64,000 nucleotides of DNA. It comes from a virus. Taxonomy: Duplodnaviria > Caudoviricetes. Positions 9,201 through 18,816 of this stretch are shown here, piece after piece; the first letter of the stretch is position 1; the number at the start of each line of letters is the position of its first letter. The stretch is taken from positions 224,001-288,000 of IMG/VR virus record IMGVR_UViG_3300036987_000310, one strand, 5' to 3'. The notes under the pieces were generated by a model. The model saw only the letters and a list, made by a program, of their open reading frames with translations. It was not told the DNA's origin and did no database searches. The position numbers were made by a program, and so were the translations under genes.

Positions 9201-9716
9201 TTATTCTTCGTGCACCAATTTGAGCAAACAACTGCGCGTGCGGCATTCGTTCAGCGGTTTCCCGAAAGCTCTATGCTTCGGGTCTGTGCACCGTTTCACT
9301 GGCCATGAGCGAACACGAAGAGCCACGTCCTGTGCTTGGGAAAGTAGCGCGGTCGCAAGTTTTGGATCCTTGGCAGCGCGAAGCATCGTTTCTTTGTCCG
9401 TTAGAACGTTGTAAAAGTTCACCGGGTCTTTGGCTTTTTCCATCAGATTGCAGATCGTGCGGAAAACCACGCTGTCTGTTTGATTCCTGACCCCGACAGC
9501 CAGAAACATGCGCTTCTGCATGTTTCTGACCATATCTCTTTCCAAGTTTTCGGCCTGTTTTCGTCGACACTCAGCCCAGTAATTTCGTTTGACGCCAGCC
9601 TCTCCATATTCTTCTAGCGCCTTTTTTCCTTCCCACAAACGTCGAAGTTTCAGTTCATGGTCTTCGACACCGAAATGACGCCGAGTCAAAGCGCGAAATC
9701 TTTTGAAGGACATCAT
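9201..9716 (-). CDS. hypothetical protein with C-terminal tag
   Basis: Ends RSCLLKLVHEE*. Confidence 0.8.
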   Translation of the reverse strand: MMSFKRFRALTRRHFGVEDHELKLRRLWEGKKALEEYGEAGVKRNYWAECRRKQAENLERDMVRNMQKRMFLAVGVRNQTDSVVFRTICNLMEKAKDPVNFYNVLTDKETMLRAAKDPKLATALLSQAQDVALRVRSWPVKRCTDPKHRAFGKPLNECRTRSCLLKLVHEE

Positions 9717-9720
9717 GGCG

Positions 9721-10026
9721 TCACCTAGACATTACTTCGTACACGGTGAAATCTCCAGGAGCGAGACCATCGAGATGAAAAATCACCACCTGGCGAAAGT
9801 TTTTCGTCAACGTGTCAAAAAACACGGGGGCACAGTCGCTGCACACGAGCTTTACCTTCCCGGCGTGCGGGCTTCCTGGCTTGAAGCGCGCGAAATCTGC
9901 TTCGTTCAGATCGTACAAAACAGCCACAGCAATGCTGTGCCCGTTTGAAGACGGAAGCGCAGTCGAGTTTAAGCCGCAAGCGATCACGGCCTGGGCTAGA
10001 GCCTCGTCGAACTGGCACTGGTTCAT
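9721..10026 (-). CDS. hypothetical protein with C-terminal tag
   Basis: ATGA overlap with upstream gene; ends GDFTVYEVMSR*. Confidence 0.75.
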   Translation of the reverse strand: MNQCQFDEALAQAVIACGLNSTALPSSNGHSIAVAVLYDLNEADFARFKPGSPHAGKVKLVCSDCAPVFFDTLTKNFRQVVIFHLDGLAPGDFTVYEVMSR

Positions 10027-10235
10027 TCGGTCGCCCACGATTCGGTCGCTATGGTCAGGTTTGACCAAACAGTTGTCCGGACTGTGTAGCCTCTCGTCTC
10101 AAGATCCGCCACGTTGACGCTTCCATCTTTGTGGTCGATGATCAGCCTCACAAGCTTTCCGGACGAAATCTCTTTGAACACGCCGGACAGGCCGCGTTCG
10201 TGCACTTCCGCCACAATCGCGTCGTTTTCGTTCAT
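10023..10235 (-). CDS. hypothetical protein
   Basis: SD GAGGAG; downstream of a promoter copy. Confidence 0.7.
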   Translation of the reverse strand: MNENDAIVAEVHERGLSGVFKEISSGKLVRLIIDHKDGSVNVADLETRGYTVRTTVWSNLTIATESWATE

Positions 10236-10284
10236 GACTTGTGACTCCTCGACGAATCGGAGACCGTGTGATCTCCGCGATTGA

Positions 10285-10309
10285 ATACTGCGCGATCGCC
10301 GCGAGTTTC
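10285..10309 (-). promoter_or_regulatory. ECF-type promoter copy
   Basis: (T)GAAAC-N16-GTAT. Confidence 0.75.
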
Positions 10310-10510
10310 ACTGTTCGTGAATGCAAACTCCATTAAGCACAGGAATTCGTAAGCGTCTATGTCATGTGACATATATGTGGGTGGGGACTCGCTGTAGTGC
10401 TCCACATTTCGAACAAGTCCATTTGTCAGGAATTTGGCAGGTAGGAGCAGGATGGGTGACAGGTTCGGTTTATGGTGAAAACCCGCAACCGAACCTGTCA
10501 ATCGTACTGA

Positions 10511-11617
10511 TCAGTCGTTCAAGCTTTTTCTGATTTTCACGTATGTGGCCATCAGCTCCGGGACGCGGGTGAGCTTCCAGTCCTGGATGATCTTCATGCT
10601 CAGGACGGACTTCACGGCACCGATGGCGAACTCCGGAGGAATCTCTCCCAACCATCCGAAGACATTCTTGGTGACCTTGAGAATCCTCTCCTCCTGCTTC
10701 GCCTTCTCTGCGCCGGACTTCTGGTCTCGGCCGAGCTGGGAGATGATGTTGCAGCCCGCGATGGCGCAGACCATGATGCGGTCCACGGTCATGTTCTCGA
10801 TGTTGGGCTTCTTGCCGTCCTTGACCAGAGCATCGATGATGGGCTCGATGTGCCGGTAGTGGTCGAGCCACACCCTGAACTTGATTGCGGCAGCCTGGCC
10901 CACGCGGCCTGCCACGAGCATGGTCTGGAAGTCGACCGTCTCCTTCATCACCAGGTCCAGGTCCCTGGCCGCCATGGTCCAGGCGCGAGGGGACGGGTGG
11001 CAGTAAGCCGTGTCGTCGCCCTCGGGAGGCGGCATGAGCAGGTATTCCTGGTTCTTGCTCAAGAAGCCGACGATGAGGCCGTTCACGCCCTCTTCTGCGG
11101 CCCAGATCTGCCACGGCTCGAAGCTCGACTCCACCTTGTACACCATGCACCTGTTGGTCAGGGCGTGGGAGACGGGGAGCGAGAAGGCGCCTTCCTCGGG
11201 CAGGTTGCCCGTCGAGATGATGCTGTGAATGTCCAGCGGACGCCCGTTGATCGTCCTGAACTGGAACAGTTCCAGCATCGGGTTCTGCAGCTCGGGCTTG
11301 GCCTTGTCGATCTCGTCCACCACGAGAACGACGCCCTTGTCGCGCGTGCCCTTGATCGGGAGGAACTTGGGCGTGGCGTACTCGGAGAGCTTGGTCTCCG
11401 GGTCGATCATCGGCAGGCCGTTGAGGTCGGGGGCCTCGAGAACGGAGAGGTTGAGGTAGACGGCCTCGCGGCCCTTCTCCTTGGCCGCCTGGAAGGCCAT
11501 TTCAGTCTTGCCCGTACCGGCCGCGCCGAAAATCATGATGTTGCCGCCGGAGTCGATGCTGAAGCGGTAGAGGGTCTTGAGCGTTGCCTGATCTACGTTG
11601 TGGATTCCCGTGAGCAT
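10511..11617 (-). CDS. MoxR/dynein-related AAA+ ATPase
   Basis: Walker A GAAGTGKT, Walker B LVVDE, STGN, ALTNR (Arg finger), PSPRAW. Confidence 0.9.
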   Translation of the reverse strand: MLTGIHNVDQATLKTLYRFSIDSGGNIMIFGAAGTGKTEMAFQAAKEKGREAVYLNLSVLEAPDLNGLPMIDPETKLSEYATPKFLPIKGTRDKGVVLVVDEIDKAKPELQNPMLELFQFRTINGRPLDIHSIISTGNLPEEGAFSLPVSHALTNRCMVYKVESSFEPWQIWAAEEGVNGLIVGFLSKNQEYLLMPPPEGDDTAYCHPSPRAWTMAARDLDLVMKETVDFQTMLVAGRVGQAAAIKFRVWLDHYRHIEPIIDALVKDGKKPNIENMTVDRIMVCAIAGCNIISQLGRDQKSGAEKAKQEERILKVTKNVFGWLGEIPPEFAIGAVKSVLSMKIIQDWKLTRVPELMATYVKIRKSLND

Positions 11618-11658
11618 GTGTCACCTCGTTGTGGGCCGCTCCATCGCGGCATGGCTGG

Positions 11659-11683
11659 ATACGCGGCGGACGACGCGGCTTCC
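11659..11683 (-). promoter_or_regulatory. ECF-type promoter copy, head of the left arm
   Basis: GGAAG-N16-GTAT. Confidence 0.75.
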
Positions 11684-11791
11684 GACCCGGTTTGAATTTC
11701 GTGGTTTCGATTCAAGCGCCTCGCCCGGCTCCACTAGCAATACGCAGCAGTGCGCTGCGCTTCCGACTGTTTTGAAACAGTATCGTATTAT

Positions 11792-12526
11792 ATGGAACCG
11801 AAATTGTGTGTCAAACATCTCAAACACTGCGAAATGAAGTTGCAAGGTCGAGTTTGGAAATGCCCTGCGTGTTACAACAAGAGGAGGCGGGAGCGGTACG
11901 CTGAGAGAAAGGACGACCCGAAGCGCAAGGAGCTTGCTGCCTCTTGGCGAAATCGTCTTCGCCCGAAGATGCGCGAATGGCGAGAATCTTACAACGAAAA
12001 GTTGAAACGATCCGCGTTCGAAGCATACGGAGGCGTCAGGTGCAAATTGTGTGGGGAGAACGAAATTGACAGGCTGGCGCTCGACCATGTCGCAAACGAT
12101 GGACATGCCGATCGTTCTGCGACAAAAAGATCTGGCACGAAGCTTTATTCTTTCCTCAAAACGCACGGGTGGCCCCCAGGTTTTCAAGTGCTTTGCCACA
12201 ATTGCAACATCTTGAAGCGCGCAGCCAGGTATTCAGAATGCGCAAAGACGCGCAAACAGCAAGCCACTCTTGCTAGGGCCAAGTGGATCAAAACGCAGGT
12301 TGTTGTTCATTATGGCGGCGGATTCGCCGCATGCGTCAAATGCGGGTACGACAAACTTGAGGCCCTTACTCTTGATCACGTGAACAATGACGGTTATGCA
12401 ACCCGCGGGAACCTCAGCCCCGGGAGGACCGCATACCTCAAACTTATGAACAGCGGCTACCCTCCTGGGTACCAAACTTTGTGTTTCTGCTGCAACATGG
12501 AAAAGGAAATCATGCTGCGCAGGTGA
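11792..12526 (+). CDS. tandem double HNH homing-type endonuclease
   Basis: LDHVANDG..QVLCHNCN and LDHVNNDG..QTLCFCCN; paralog of 4222-5106. Confidence 0.85.
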   Translation: MEPKLCVKHLKHCEMKLQGRVWKCPACYNKRRRERYAERKDDPKRKELAASWRNRLRPKMREWRESYNEKLKRSAFEAYGGVRCKLCGENEIDRLALDHVANDGHADRSATKRSGTKLYSFLKTHGWPPGFQVLCHNCNILKRAARYSECAKTRKQQATLARAKWIKTQVVVHYGGGFAACVKCGYDKLEALTLDHVNNDGYATRGNLSPGRTAYLKLMNSGYPPGYQTLCFCCNMEKEIMLRR

Positions 12527-12653
12527 TCTCCGGTGTGGCTCAAGACTGTACATTGAAGACTGCGCTTTGCTGTGTCGCACAGCCAGCAATACCCAGCAGG
12601 CCGCCGAGCCTTCGATCCCGTCTAAAGCCGCCTCGTCCCTGTTCAAACAGGGC

Positions 12654-12678
12654 GCAAGTCTGGCGATTCGTCGAGTAC
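12654..12678 (+). promoter_or_regulatory. ECF-type promoter copy
   Basis: GCAAG-N16-GTAC. Confidence 0.7.
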
Positions 12679-12697
12679 CCGCGCCAAGAGGTGACGA

Positions 12698-13447
12698 ATG
12701 CCCAAGCCGAGAACAACGAACCCCAAAATTGAGTTTGTCCACTCGGAGCGAGCAAGAAACGCTGTTCTGGCCCGCGTGGGCGCTCTAAACGCCCAAGGCA
12801 ACGACCGGGACGTATCCAACGTTGTTTACGCGCTGCGCGACAGAGCGCGAGTGTCCGCCCGTTACGTGTGCTGGAATAAGGTGGACTCAAAGCGAGTGTC
12901 CACCCACTACGTTCTTTGGAGCGATGGGTCCCCAAAAAAGGACGACTGCCTTCCAAAGAGCGTTGTCAACGGAGTGAAGAAGGACTTTCCAGGAGAAACT
13001 GGTTTCTCCTGCGTCTTGTTCAGACACGTTTGGGCAGCCCAAGCGGAACCCAGCAGCGGATTTCTGCTGGCTTTCCCTGGGAGCGAAGACGACCTCCTTC
13101 TCGAGATCGAGCAAACGTGGATGGAAGAAGACATGGAGCAAGAGCTAGCCCCGCTCTTGCGCGAAGAATTCAAGCATGAGGTGCACCAGTTTTTGGCGTC
13201 GAGAGCCCTGTACTCGATTCGAGGTGGAATGCATCAGGCTCGCGAGAAGATGATCGAATTTGCTCACGGCTACACCCTAGCCTGGAACAAGTTCGGTGGC
13301 GAAAAAGTTCACCCGCGTCCATACGTGATTTCGCCGCGATACGGAAAAGGATCGCAAGGGGTTGCCTATATGCTCACGATTCCCCCGAAACAGCTTCTTG
13401 AAGAAGCGCAAGACGAGTTCGCTTACCAAATTGTGATGGAATCGTGA
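12698..13447 (+). CDS. hypothetical protein with C-terminal tag
   Basis: SD GAGGTGA; ends QDEFAYQIVMES*. Confidence 0.85.
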   Translation: MPKPRTTNPKIEFVHSERARNAVLARVGALNAQGNDRDVSNVVYALRDRARVSARYVCWNKVDSKRVSTHYVLWSDGSPKKDDCLPKSVVNGVKKDFPGETGFSCVLFRHVWAAQAEPSSGFLLAFPGSEDDLLLEIEQTWMEEDMEQELAPLLREEFKHEVHQFLASRALYSIRGGMHQAREKMIEFAHGYTLAWNKFGGEKVHPRPYVISPRYGKGSQGVAYMLTIPPKQLLEEAQDEFAYQIVMES

Positions 13448-13462
13448 CCTTCAAGGCGCGTT

Positions 13463-13487
13463 GGAGCTGCAGCGGCGCGGCGAGTAT
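13463..13487 (+). promoter_or_regulatory. ECF-type promoter copy
   Basis: GGAGC-N16-GTAT. Confidence 0.75.
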
Positions 13488-13507
13488 TCGATCGCGGAGG
13501 TGACGCA

Positions 13508-14128
13508 ATGGGACAATCGAGCTACGAGAAAATTTACGAGGCGCTGGCTGCCACGAAGCAGTGCAAAGCGCTCGTGGCAGCCATCCCGGAGAAGTTCGCA
13601 CAAGTTCGCGTGACGGGCGTGGAATTCACTCTCAAGCGCCCGAACGAGTTCGGACAACCCGCGGAAGCCATTCCCCACTACAAAGTAGTCGGTCCGAACG
13701 GGTACGTGTTGAACACGCAAGACGGCCATGTTTGGCTATCGGTTTCGATACTCGTGAATGATGAAGTCCTCGCCCCGTTGGTGAACGAGGTGTTCGGCGT
13801 CAAGGGCGGCGTGCCCACGTACTTCTGCAACAAGGAAGTCGTTCTCGGCAAGAAGAACCGCCGGGACACCGACTCGTTTGGCGACTGGTTGTGCAGGCGG
13901 GTTCGCTCCCAGTTCGAACAGGACATTTTGAGCGCCCAAAAGCGCGTTCAAGAGCAAGTTCGGCAGATGGCGGCAAGCGAGGAAACTGCTCAGCTCGGGC
14001 GAGAGTTCCTCGTCCGATGCGCCGTCGACGACATCAAGAAGGCCTTGGGCGCCTATGACCACCTCGGCAAGGAAGTTTTGTCCGAGGCCATTGACGAGTT
14101 TCTCGTCCACAGCATCACGGACAGTTGA
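13508..14128 (+). CDS. hypothetical protein, tag variant
   Basis: SD GGAGGTGA; ends IDEFLVHSITDS*. Confidence 0.85.
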   Translation: MGQSSYEKIYEALAATKQCKALVAAIPEKFAQVRVTGVEFTLKRPNEFGQPAEAIPHYKVVGPNGYVLNTQDGHVWLSVSILVNDEVLAPLVNEVFGVKGGVPTYFCNKEVVLGKKNRRDTDSFGDWLCRRVRSQFEQDILSAQKRVQEQVRQMAASEETAQLGREFLVRCAVDDIKKALGAYDHLGKEVLSEAIDEFLVHSITDS

Positions 14129-14147
14129 AGCTCTAGGGAGGTGACAA

Positions 14148-15026
14148 GTGGATTCGAAAGAGCTGACCTTTTGGGAAAACGTCCACAAAGACGCCAAGCG
14201 TCGAGCTGCCTTGAAATGGGGCGAGACGCACGACATATGCTGTCATAACGGGTGGGACAAATATGGAGCCAGCAAGAGTGACATCGCTGGCGCTGTGGAG
14301 GCTGCGGTTGGCCAAATGTTGTACGTGGCGGAGTCAATCGGCTGCAGCATGGCCAAATTCGGGTATGTGGAACTGAATGAGCATGGCTGCGCCGGCATAA
14401 GGCTGTTCGAGGACAACCCGTCCGTCGAACAGTTGGCGGAATGGTTCGCCAGAGGGTCGACCTCATTCGACGACGCCATTGTCAACGCAGTGAAATGGGA
14501 CAAAGTTGACCTGCGCGGCGTGCCGCTGGCAAGCCAATCGGACGTTGACGTCGGCAAAACATTGATTGAGCTCAACGGCGGGCTGCCCGTTCCCGTGACT
14601 GAAGAAGCGCTTGAGAGAATCGCGCTGAAAGTCGCGGCGTCATATGACGCGAAGCTTTTCCAAACAATTCAGATAAACCAGTTTGACATAGATTTGAGCT
14701 CCATCAAGGAGCCCAAATTCGTCGACTGCGTGATTGAGATTGGTCGGCTGTTGATCGAGCTCAATGGTGGTCCTGCCTCCGCGACGCCCGCCAGGTTCGC
14801 CCATCGAGTTGGTTGGGTCTATCTGCGACAGGGTTTGCAACGATTCACCGGCAAGCTTGGCAGCGTGGAGATTCGGGAAGGCAAACCGTTCAACAGCCTG
14901 ACGAACAATGGCTCCACCCGGATTAGCCATGGTAACAAAGCATTCTTCATCGAGGGCAAAGAAATCCGAGCTGCTTCGCTCAGGTCTGCCCGCGAGAAGT
15001 ATGTGAATTTGGTGCAGGACGGGTAA
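14148..15026 (+). CDS. hypothetical protein with C-terminal tag
   Basis: SD GGAGGTGA, GTG start; internal repeat (V.IGK/RTLIELNGG twice); ends KYVNLVQDG*. Confidence 0.85.
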   Translation: MDSKELTFWENVHKDAKRRAALKWGETHDICCHNGWDKYGASKSDIAGAVEAAVGQMLYVAESIGCSMAKFGYVELNEHGCAGIRLFEDNPSVEQLAEWFARGSTSFDDAIVNAVKWDKVDLRGVPLASQSDVDVGKTLIELNGGLPVPVTEEALERIALKVAASYDAKLFQTIQINQFDIDLSSIKEPKFVDCVIEIGRLLIELNGGPASATPARFAHRVGWVYLRQGLQRFTGKLGSVEIREGKPFNSLTNNGSTRISHGNKAFFIEGKEIRAASLRSAREKYVNLVQDG

Positions 15027-15087
15027 TGACCGGGTTATGCTCATGAGATTTGCGATCCTAAGGCTACTGGCTGGTGGAGGTGACTGA

Positions 15088-15813
15088 ATGACTGACGAAA
15101 CAAACAGCCGTCCAACTTACGTTGTTGGCAACGATTCCAACCCGGCGCACATTCGCGCTGCGGTCGAGGGCTTGCGCAAGATGGCAAAAATGGGGGAAAA
15201 AGCGCGCCAGGCCCTCGAAGCTCTAGAGCGGGATGGGCATTTTGACCAGCTGGTTCATTGGGTGGACGGCGAAGACAAGTCGTACAAGACAATCAAGTGC
15301 AACCGCTTTCCCCGGTTCGTCGAAGTCAGCGCGGCGGACATGCCAATCCTGGACAGCCTGTGGCTGGCGTTCGGTCCCGTTGTCAAAACTCAGTATGGGG
15401 GCCACGGGTGCGTGGAGTACACTCTGTCGCTGCGCGGCGACAGATTCTATCAGAAAAAGGACCGCTCGCTCGTTTTGCAGCCGATCCCAGATCGCATTCG
15501 AGTCGGCACGCTTCGAGTTTCTAAGAAAAAGATCTCCTATCTGTCGTACGGGTCCAAAGCCGCCTATCCAGTCACCGAGAAGAAAGCCACTGTCGAGGCC
15601 ACAGTGTCGCGCATCAGCAAATGCGATGCTTTAGTCCCTCTGAGCGAAATGTGTTCCAACTTTCTTGTCGTGACAGGAGAGGGCCTACTGAATCAGCGCG
15701 CCAGGGACATGCGAGCAGGGTCTTGCCGGTGGATGACTGACGGAGGGCACGCGCAAAGGATGCTGGAAGACGCTGTTCGGACATTGTGGATCGAGGGCGT
15801 GCACGAGTCCTGA
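15088..15813 (+). CDS. hypothetical protein with C-terminal tag
   Basis: SD GGAGGTGA; ends RTLWIEGVHES*. Confidence 0.85.
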   Translation: MTDETNSRPTYVVGNDSNPAHIRAAVEGLRKMAKMGEKARQALEALERDGHFDQLVHWVDGEDKSYKTIKCNRFPRFVEVSAADMPILDSLWLAFGPVVKTQYGGHGCVEYTLSLRGDRFYQKKDRSLVLQPIPDRIRVGTLRVSKKKISYLSYGSKAAYPVTEKKATVEATVSRISKCDALVPLSEMCSNFLVVTGEGLLNQRARDMRAGSCRWMTDGGHAQRMLEDAVRTLWIEGVHES

Positions 15814-15842
15814 CAGCTAAGCTGTTTGTGGCCTTTTTGCAC

Positions 15843-16247
15843 ATGGCACACACAGTCGTCTTCACCGGAACGCTTCAGTGGACCCCGCCAGCAGCTCCTG
15901 CGAACTCTGGACAAAGCTCGTTCACCGTTCAGGCGAGCTACAACTCGCACAACGTCGGGTCGCTCGACGTTCCAAGCGGAACTGCTCCCGCTACTGAAAT
16001 CGCGATCCCGTTTGGCCAAGTGAGCGAAGCCCGGTTCATGGTTGTGAAGAACCTCATGACAACCGACGTGGATCTCAAGCTGAACGGGTCGGCTGACCTG
16101 ATTTCAATCCCGCCTCAAGGTCAGCACATGCACATTTGTCCGGTCGACTTGACGGACGGAGCGAACCCGCTGACCGGGGCAAGCGTCACCGTTTTGGCAA
16201 CGCCCACTTCCGTGCAAAACATTTTGTTCTGGGTCTACGGCGACTAG
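15843..16247 (+). CDS. beta-rich hypothetical protein, possibly a virion decoration protein
   Basis: T/V/P/G-rich, few charges; no tag, no SD or promoter of the early type. Confidence 0.6.
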   Translation: MAHTVVFTGTLQWTPPAAPANSGQSSFTVQASYNSHNVGSLDVPSGTAPATEIAIPFGQVSEARFMVVKNLMTTDVDLKLNGSADLISIPPQGQHMHICPVDLTDGANPLTGASVTVLATPTSVQNILFWVYGD

Positions 16248-16265
16248 CTTTGTTTGACTAGTGCC

Positions 16266-16290
16266 GGAGCTGCGCGAGCTCGCCGCGTAT
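16266..16290 (+). promoter_or_regulatory. ECF-type promoter copy
   Basis: GGAGC-N16-GTAT. Confidence 0.75.
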
Positions 16291-16309
16291 TGCCGCGCGG
16301 AGGTGACGC

Positions 16310-16687
16310 GTGGCAAACTTCGTGAACGTTCCGCCCGAGGCGATCGAGGACCCGCTCAAGCAGCTCGGCTTCTTCCGCTCAGTGGAAGGCGCGCAGGTCG
16401 TGTACGAGAAGCGTCATGACTGCGACCCGAGCGTGCGCGTCAAGGTGTACACTTCCATCAGCTCCGATGGAGTCCAAGTCCGCCGTCGGGGCAAGGACTC
16501 CATCCGCGTGTGCACCATTGTTCAAAGCTGGAACAAGACATACGGCATCGGAAAGTTTCCGTACATTGCCCGCGTCTCAAGCGTCGACCACGTAGTCAAA
16601 AAGTTGCTCACCACTGTGAAGGCCGCTTGGGAGCGCGGGGCTGAGTGGCACGCTGAGCAAACAGTCAAGAAGGTGATGGGCGCATGA
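16310..16687 (+). CDS. hypothetical protein with C-terminal tag
   Basis: VKVYTSI..R..G.DSIRV; ends AEQTVKKVMGA*. Confidence 0.85.
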   Translation: MANFVNVPPEAIEDPLKQLGFFRSVEGAQVVYEKRHDCDPSVRVKVYTSISSDGVQVRRRGKDSIRVCTIVQSWNKTYGIGKFPYIARVSSVDHVVKKLLTTVKAAWERGAEWHAEQTVKKVMGA

Positions 16688-17124
16688 ACGTTCAACTCTT
16701 GAAGCTAAAATCCGAACATGGGTATCCAGGACCATACCTGAAAGTTACGCTTCGGGTTCGACGCCCGCGCGGCAAAAAACATTGGGACGTGAGATGGCAC
16801 GAGGGTTACCACATTCTCTACAATGATCATGGGCTGCGTGTGGACGAGCGCGCTGACGTCATACGCCAGGCGCGGCAAATCTTGCAAGACCCCATTGTGC
16901 AGACGCAGCTGACCCCAATTCGGACGCAGCTGGCCGACATGAAGCGTCAACATGATGAAAACACGCTTCAACAATATGCCGCGGCCAAGCCAGTCCGCGA
17001 CGCAGAGCATGTGAAGAACTTCCAGGACGAAATCAAATACCTCACGCAAGAGATGGGGGCTTCTCTGGAGGATATGCACCGATGGCTCGACGAAGTGGTG
17101 GCAGAGCTAGTGATGGGGAGTTGA
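16684..17124 (+). CDS. hypothetical protein with C-terminal tag
   Basis: ATGA coupling; ends WLDEVVAELVMGS*. Confidence 0.8.
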   Translation: MNVQLLKLKSEHGYPGPYLKVTLRVRRPRGKKHWDVRWHEGYHILYNDHGLRVDERADVIRQARQILQDPIVQTQLTPIRTQLADMKRQHDENTLQQYAAAKPVRDAEHVKNFQDEIKYLTQEMGASLEDMHRWLDEVVAELVMGS

Positions 17125-17126
17125 AG

Positions 17127-17441
17127 GTGACGTTTCTTCGTCGGCTGGAGCTGCACGAAGTCGAGTCGTCCATACTGTTCATGGACGATCCGGACTTCCC
17201 GGAAGAACGCACGGCCATTGTTCGAGTCAAATGGAACGGTTTTCAAGGAACGGCCAGCGGCGGCCCTTTCTGGTTCGACTCTGAAGAAAAGTTCAGCCGC
17301 TCTCCACAGCATGCAGCTCTGTGCGTTGAGGCTCTGGAAAACTTGCAAGCATTTCTCGACAAGATGGCCGAGCGGCTCGAGCCGCTAGTCACGAAAGAGT
17401 CGTTTGACAACTGGACTGTGAAAAAAGTGCAAGACGGATGA
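17127..17441 (+). CDS. hypothetical protein with C-terminal tag
   Basis: Ends LEPLVTKESFDNWTVKKVQDG*. Confidence 0.8.
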   Translation: MTFLRRLELHEVESSILFMDDPDFPEERTAIVRVKWNGFQGTASGGPFWFDSEEKFSRSPQHAALCVEALENLQAFLDKMAERLEPLVTKESFDNWTVKKVQDG

Positions 17442-17638
17442 AGTGTTCCATTTGTCACGATCCTGAGGTTGTTCAGTTCATCTTGGACTGGAGCGACGGC
17501 GTGTTTTGTCGCTGCAAATACCACGTTGTCAACATCGATGGGCGAAAAGACTTGAAAAACATAACTTTAGAAGAAGCGTTCATTGCCTCAGTGCAAGGAG
17601 AATGACGCGAGGACTTAGTGCGTGCTCTGAAGTGCGTT

Positions 17639-17663
17639 GGAGCTCGCGCGGTTGTCCGAGTAT
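17639..17663 (+). promoter_or_regulatory. ECF-type promoter copy
   Basis: GGAGC-N16-GTAT. Confidence 0.75.
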
Positions 17664-17683
17664 CAGACTGTGGAGGTGAAAGA

Positions 17684-18130
17684 ATGAAGCTTTCCGAGAT
17701 GACCACTGCGCGTTTGGCTTTCAAACGCACCCAGATCGACAAGATCTTGGCAAAGCGGCGCAGGTTGTTCGCAGAAGCGCTTGTGGCTAATCACAAAAAA
17801 CTCTTGCGGCTGCACAAGAAATCCGGCGGCAGGATCTTCCGAGGCACGTTCGCAGAACTGCTGAACTTTCTCGGTGACGCAGTGTACGGGCGACAGGGCC
17901 ACCCGCCTTACGCCCACTTTGCCGCCAACATGCGAGAGGACCCGGACGCCAATTCAATCTTCGGAGAGTGTGCCTACAAACAAGATGAACACCCGTTCGA
18001 ATGGGTTGACCACAATGAAGTTGGGGAGGACGTTGTGCGCGAGTGGATGTTGGCACTGGATGGGAATCCGCTGAATGTGGCCGAAGCCCGCGCGTTGCTG
18101 CGCGTAGCGGGGGTGGAGGTGACGGAATGA
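17684..18130 (+). CDS. hypothetical protein with MKLSEMT N-terminal module
   Basis: SD GGAGGTGA; MKLSEMTTARLAFKRTQIDKIL. Confidence 0.8.
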   Translation: MKLSEMTTARLAFKRTQIDKILAKRRRLFAEALVANHKKLLRLHKKSGGRIFRGTFAELLNFLGDAVYGRQGHPPYAHFAANMREDPDANSIFGECAYKQDEHPFEWVDHNEVGEDVVREWMLALDGNPLNVAEARALLRVAGVEVTE

Positions 18131-18417
18131 ACTTATATAGAGCGAAACATTCACGTGGCGTCGAATTGATCGTAGCGGAAGACGAGGACGCTGTCAAAGA
18201 GATGGCGGAAGGCTTTCCCTGCGAGGTGTCTCTTCTTCGAGAAGACGTCGATGAGGACGATGGACTCGAATTGAGCGAGTACGTCGTCTACCACGCAGAC
18301 AGATATTCCAATCACGAAACACGCGTGGAAGCTATCGACGAAAAAGATGCCATACAACAAGTTGGAGAAATGGGCGTGCTAGACAGCAGTTACACCCATT
18401 GGGCTGAATTGGCCTGA
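18127..18417 (+). CDS. acidic hypothetical protein
   Basis: ATGA coupling; two similar units (V.A.DE..A). Confidence 0.7.
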   Translation: MNLYRAKHSRGVELIVAEDEDAVKEMAEGFPCEVSLLREDVDEDDGLELSEYVVYHADRYSNHETRVEAIDEKDAIQQVGEMGVLDSSYTHWAELA

Positions 18418-18432
18418 GGCTGCATCATACGA

Positions 18433-18816
18433 ATGGAAAGGGTCATGGCAGTGAACAAGTTGCAACCGTTGGTGCAGATGCAACCGTGCGTCGAGATCTT
18501 GTTGGGGCGCGAGCTCCCGGACATGCGCGGCGCGTTTAAGCGGACGAAGATCGTTGTCGGTCGCGTCGCCACAAAGGCTATGGCCGATGAAGTCGTTGGC
18601 AGAATTCCACTCCGCGATGAAGCGGAGGAGCCAAACTCATCTTGGCTTGAATGCAGGAACGCTGTTGCGCCCGTTGGACGCAAGGTACACACCAGTGTGG
18701 ATGAAGGCGTGAAGGCAGTCATCGCGAAGCTTGTCGGCAAACGCGCCATGGACGACGTGGGGGACTATTGCGGCGTGCTTGTGTTGGCAAATGATATGGA
18801 AGGAGTGACGGAATGA
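18433..18816 (+). CDS. hypothetical protein
   Basis: ORF; ends GVTE* as does 17684-18130 (EVTE*). Confidence 0.6.
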   Translation: MERVMAVNKLQPLVQMQPCVEILLGRELPDMRGAFKRTKIVVGRVATKAMADEVVGRIPLRDEAEEPNSSWLECRNAVAPVGRKVHTSVDEGVKAVIAKLVGKRAMDDVGDYCGVLVLANDMEGVTE

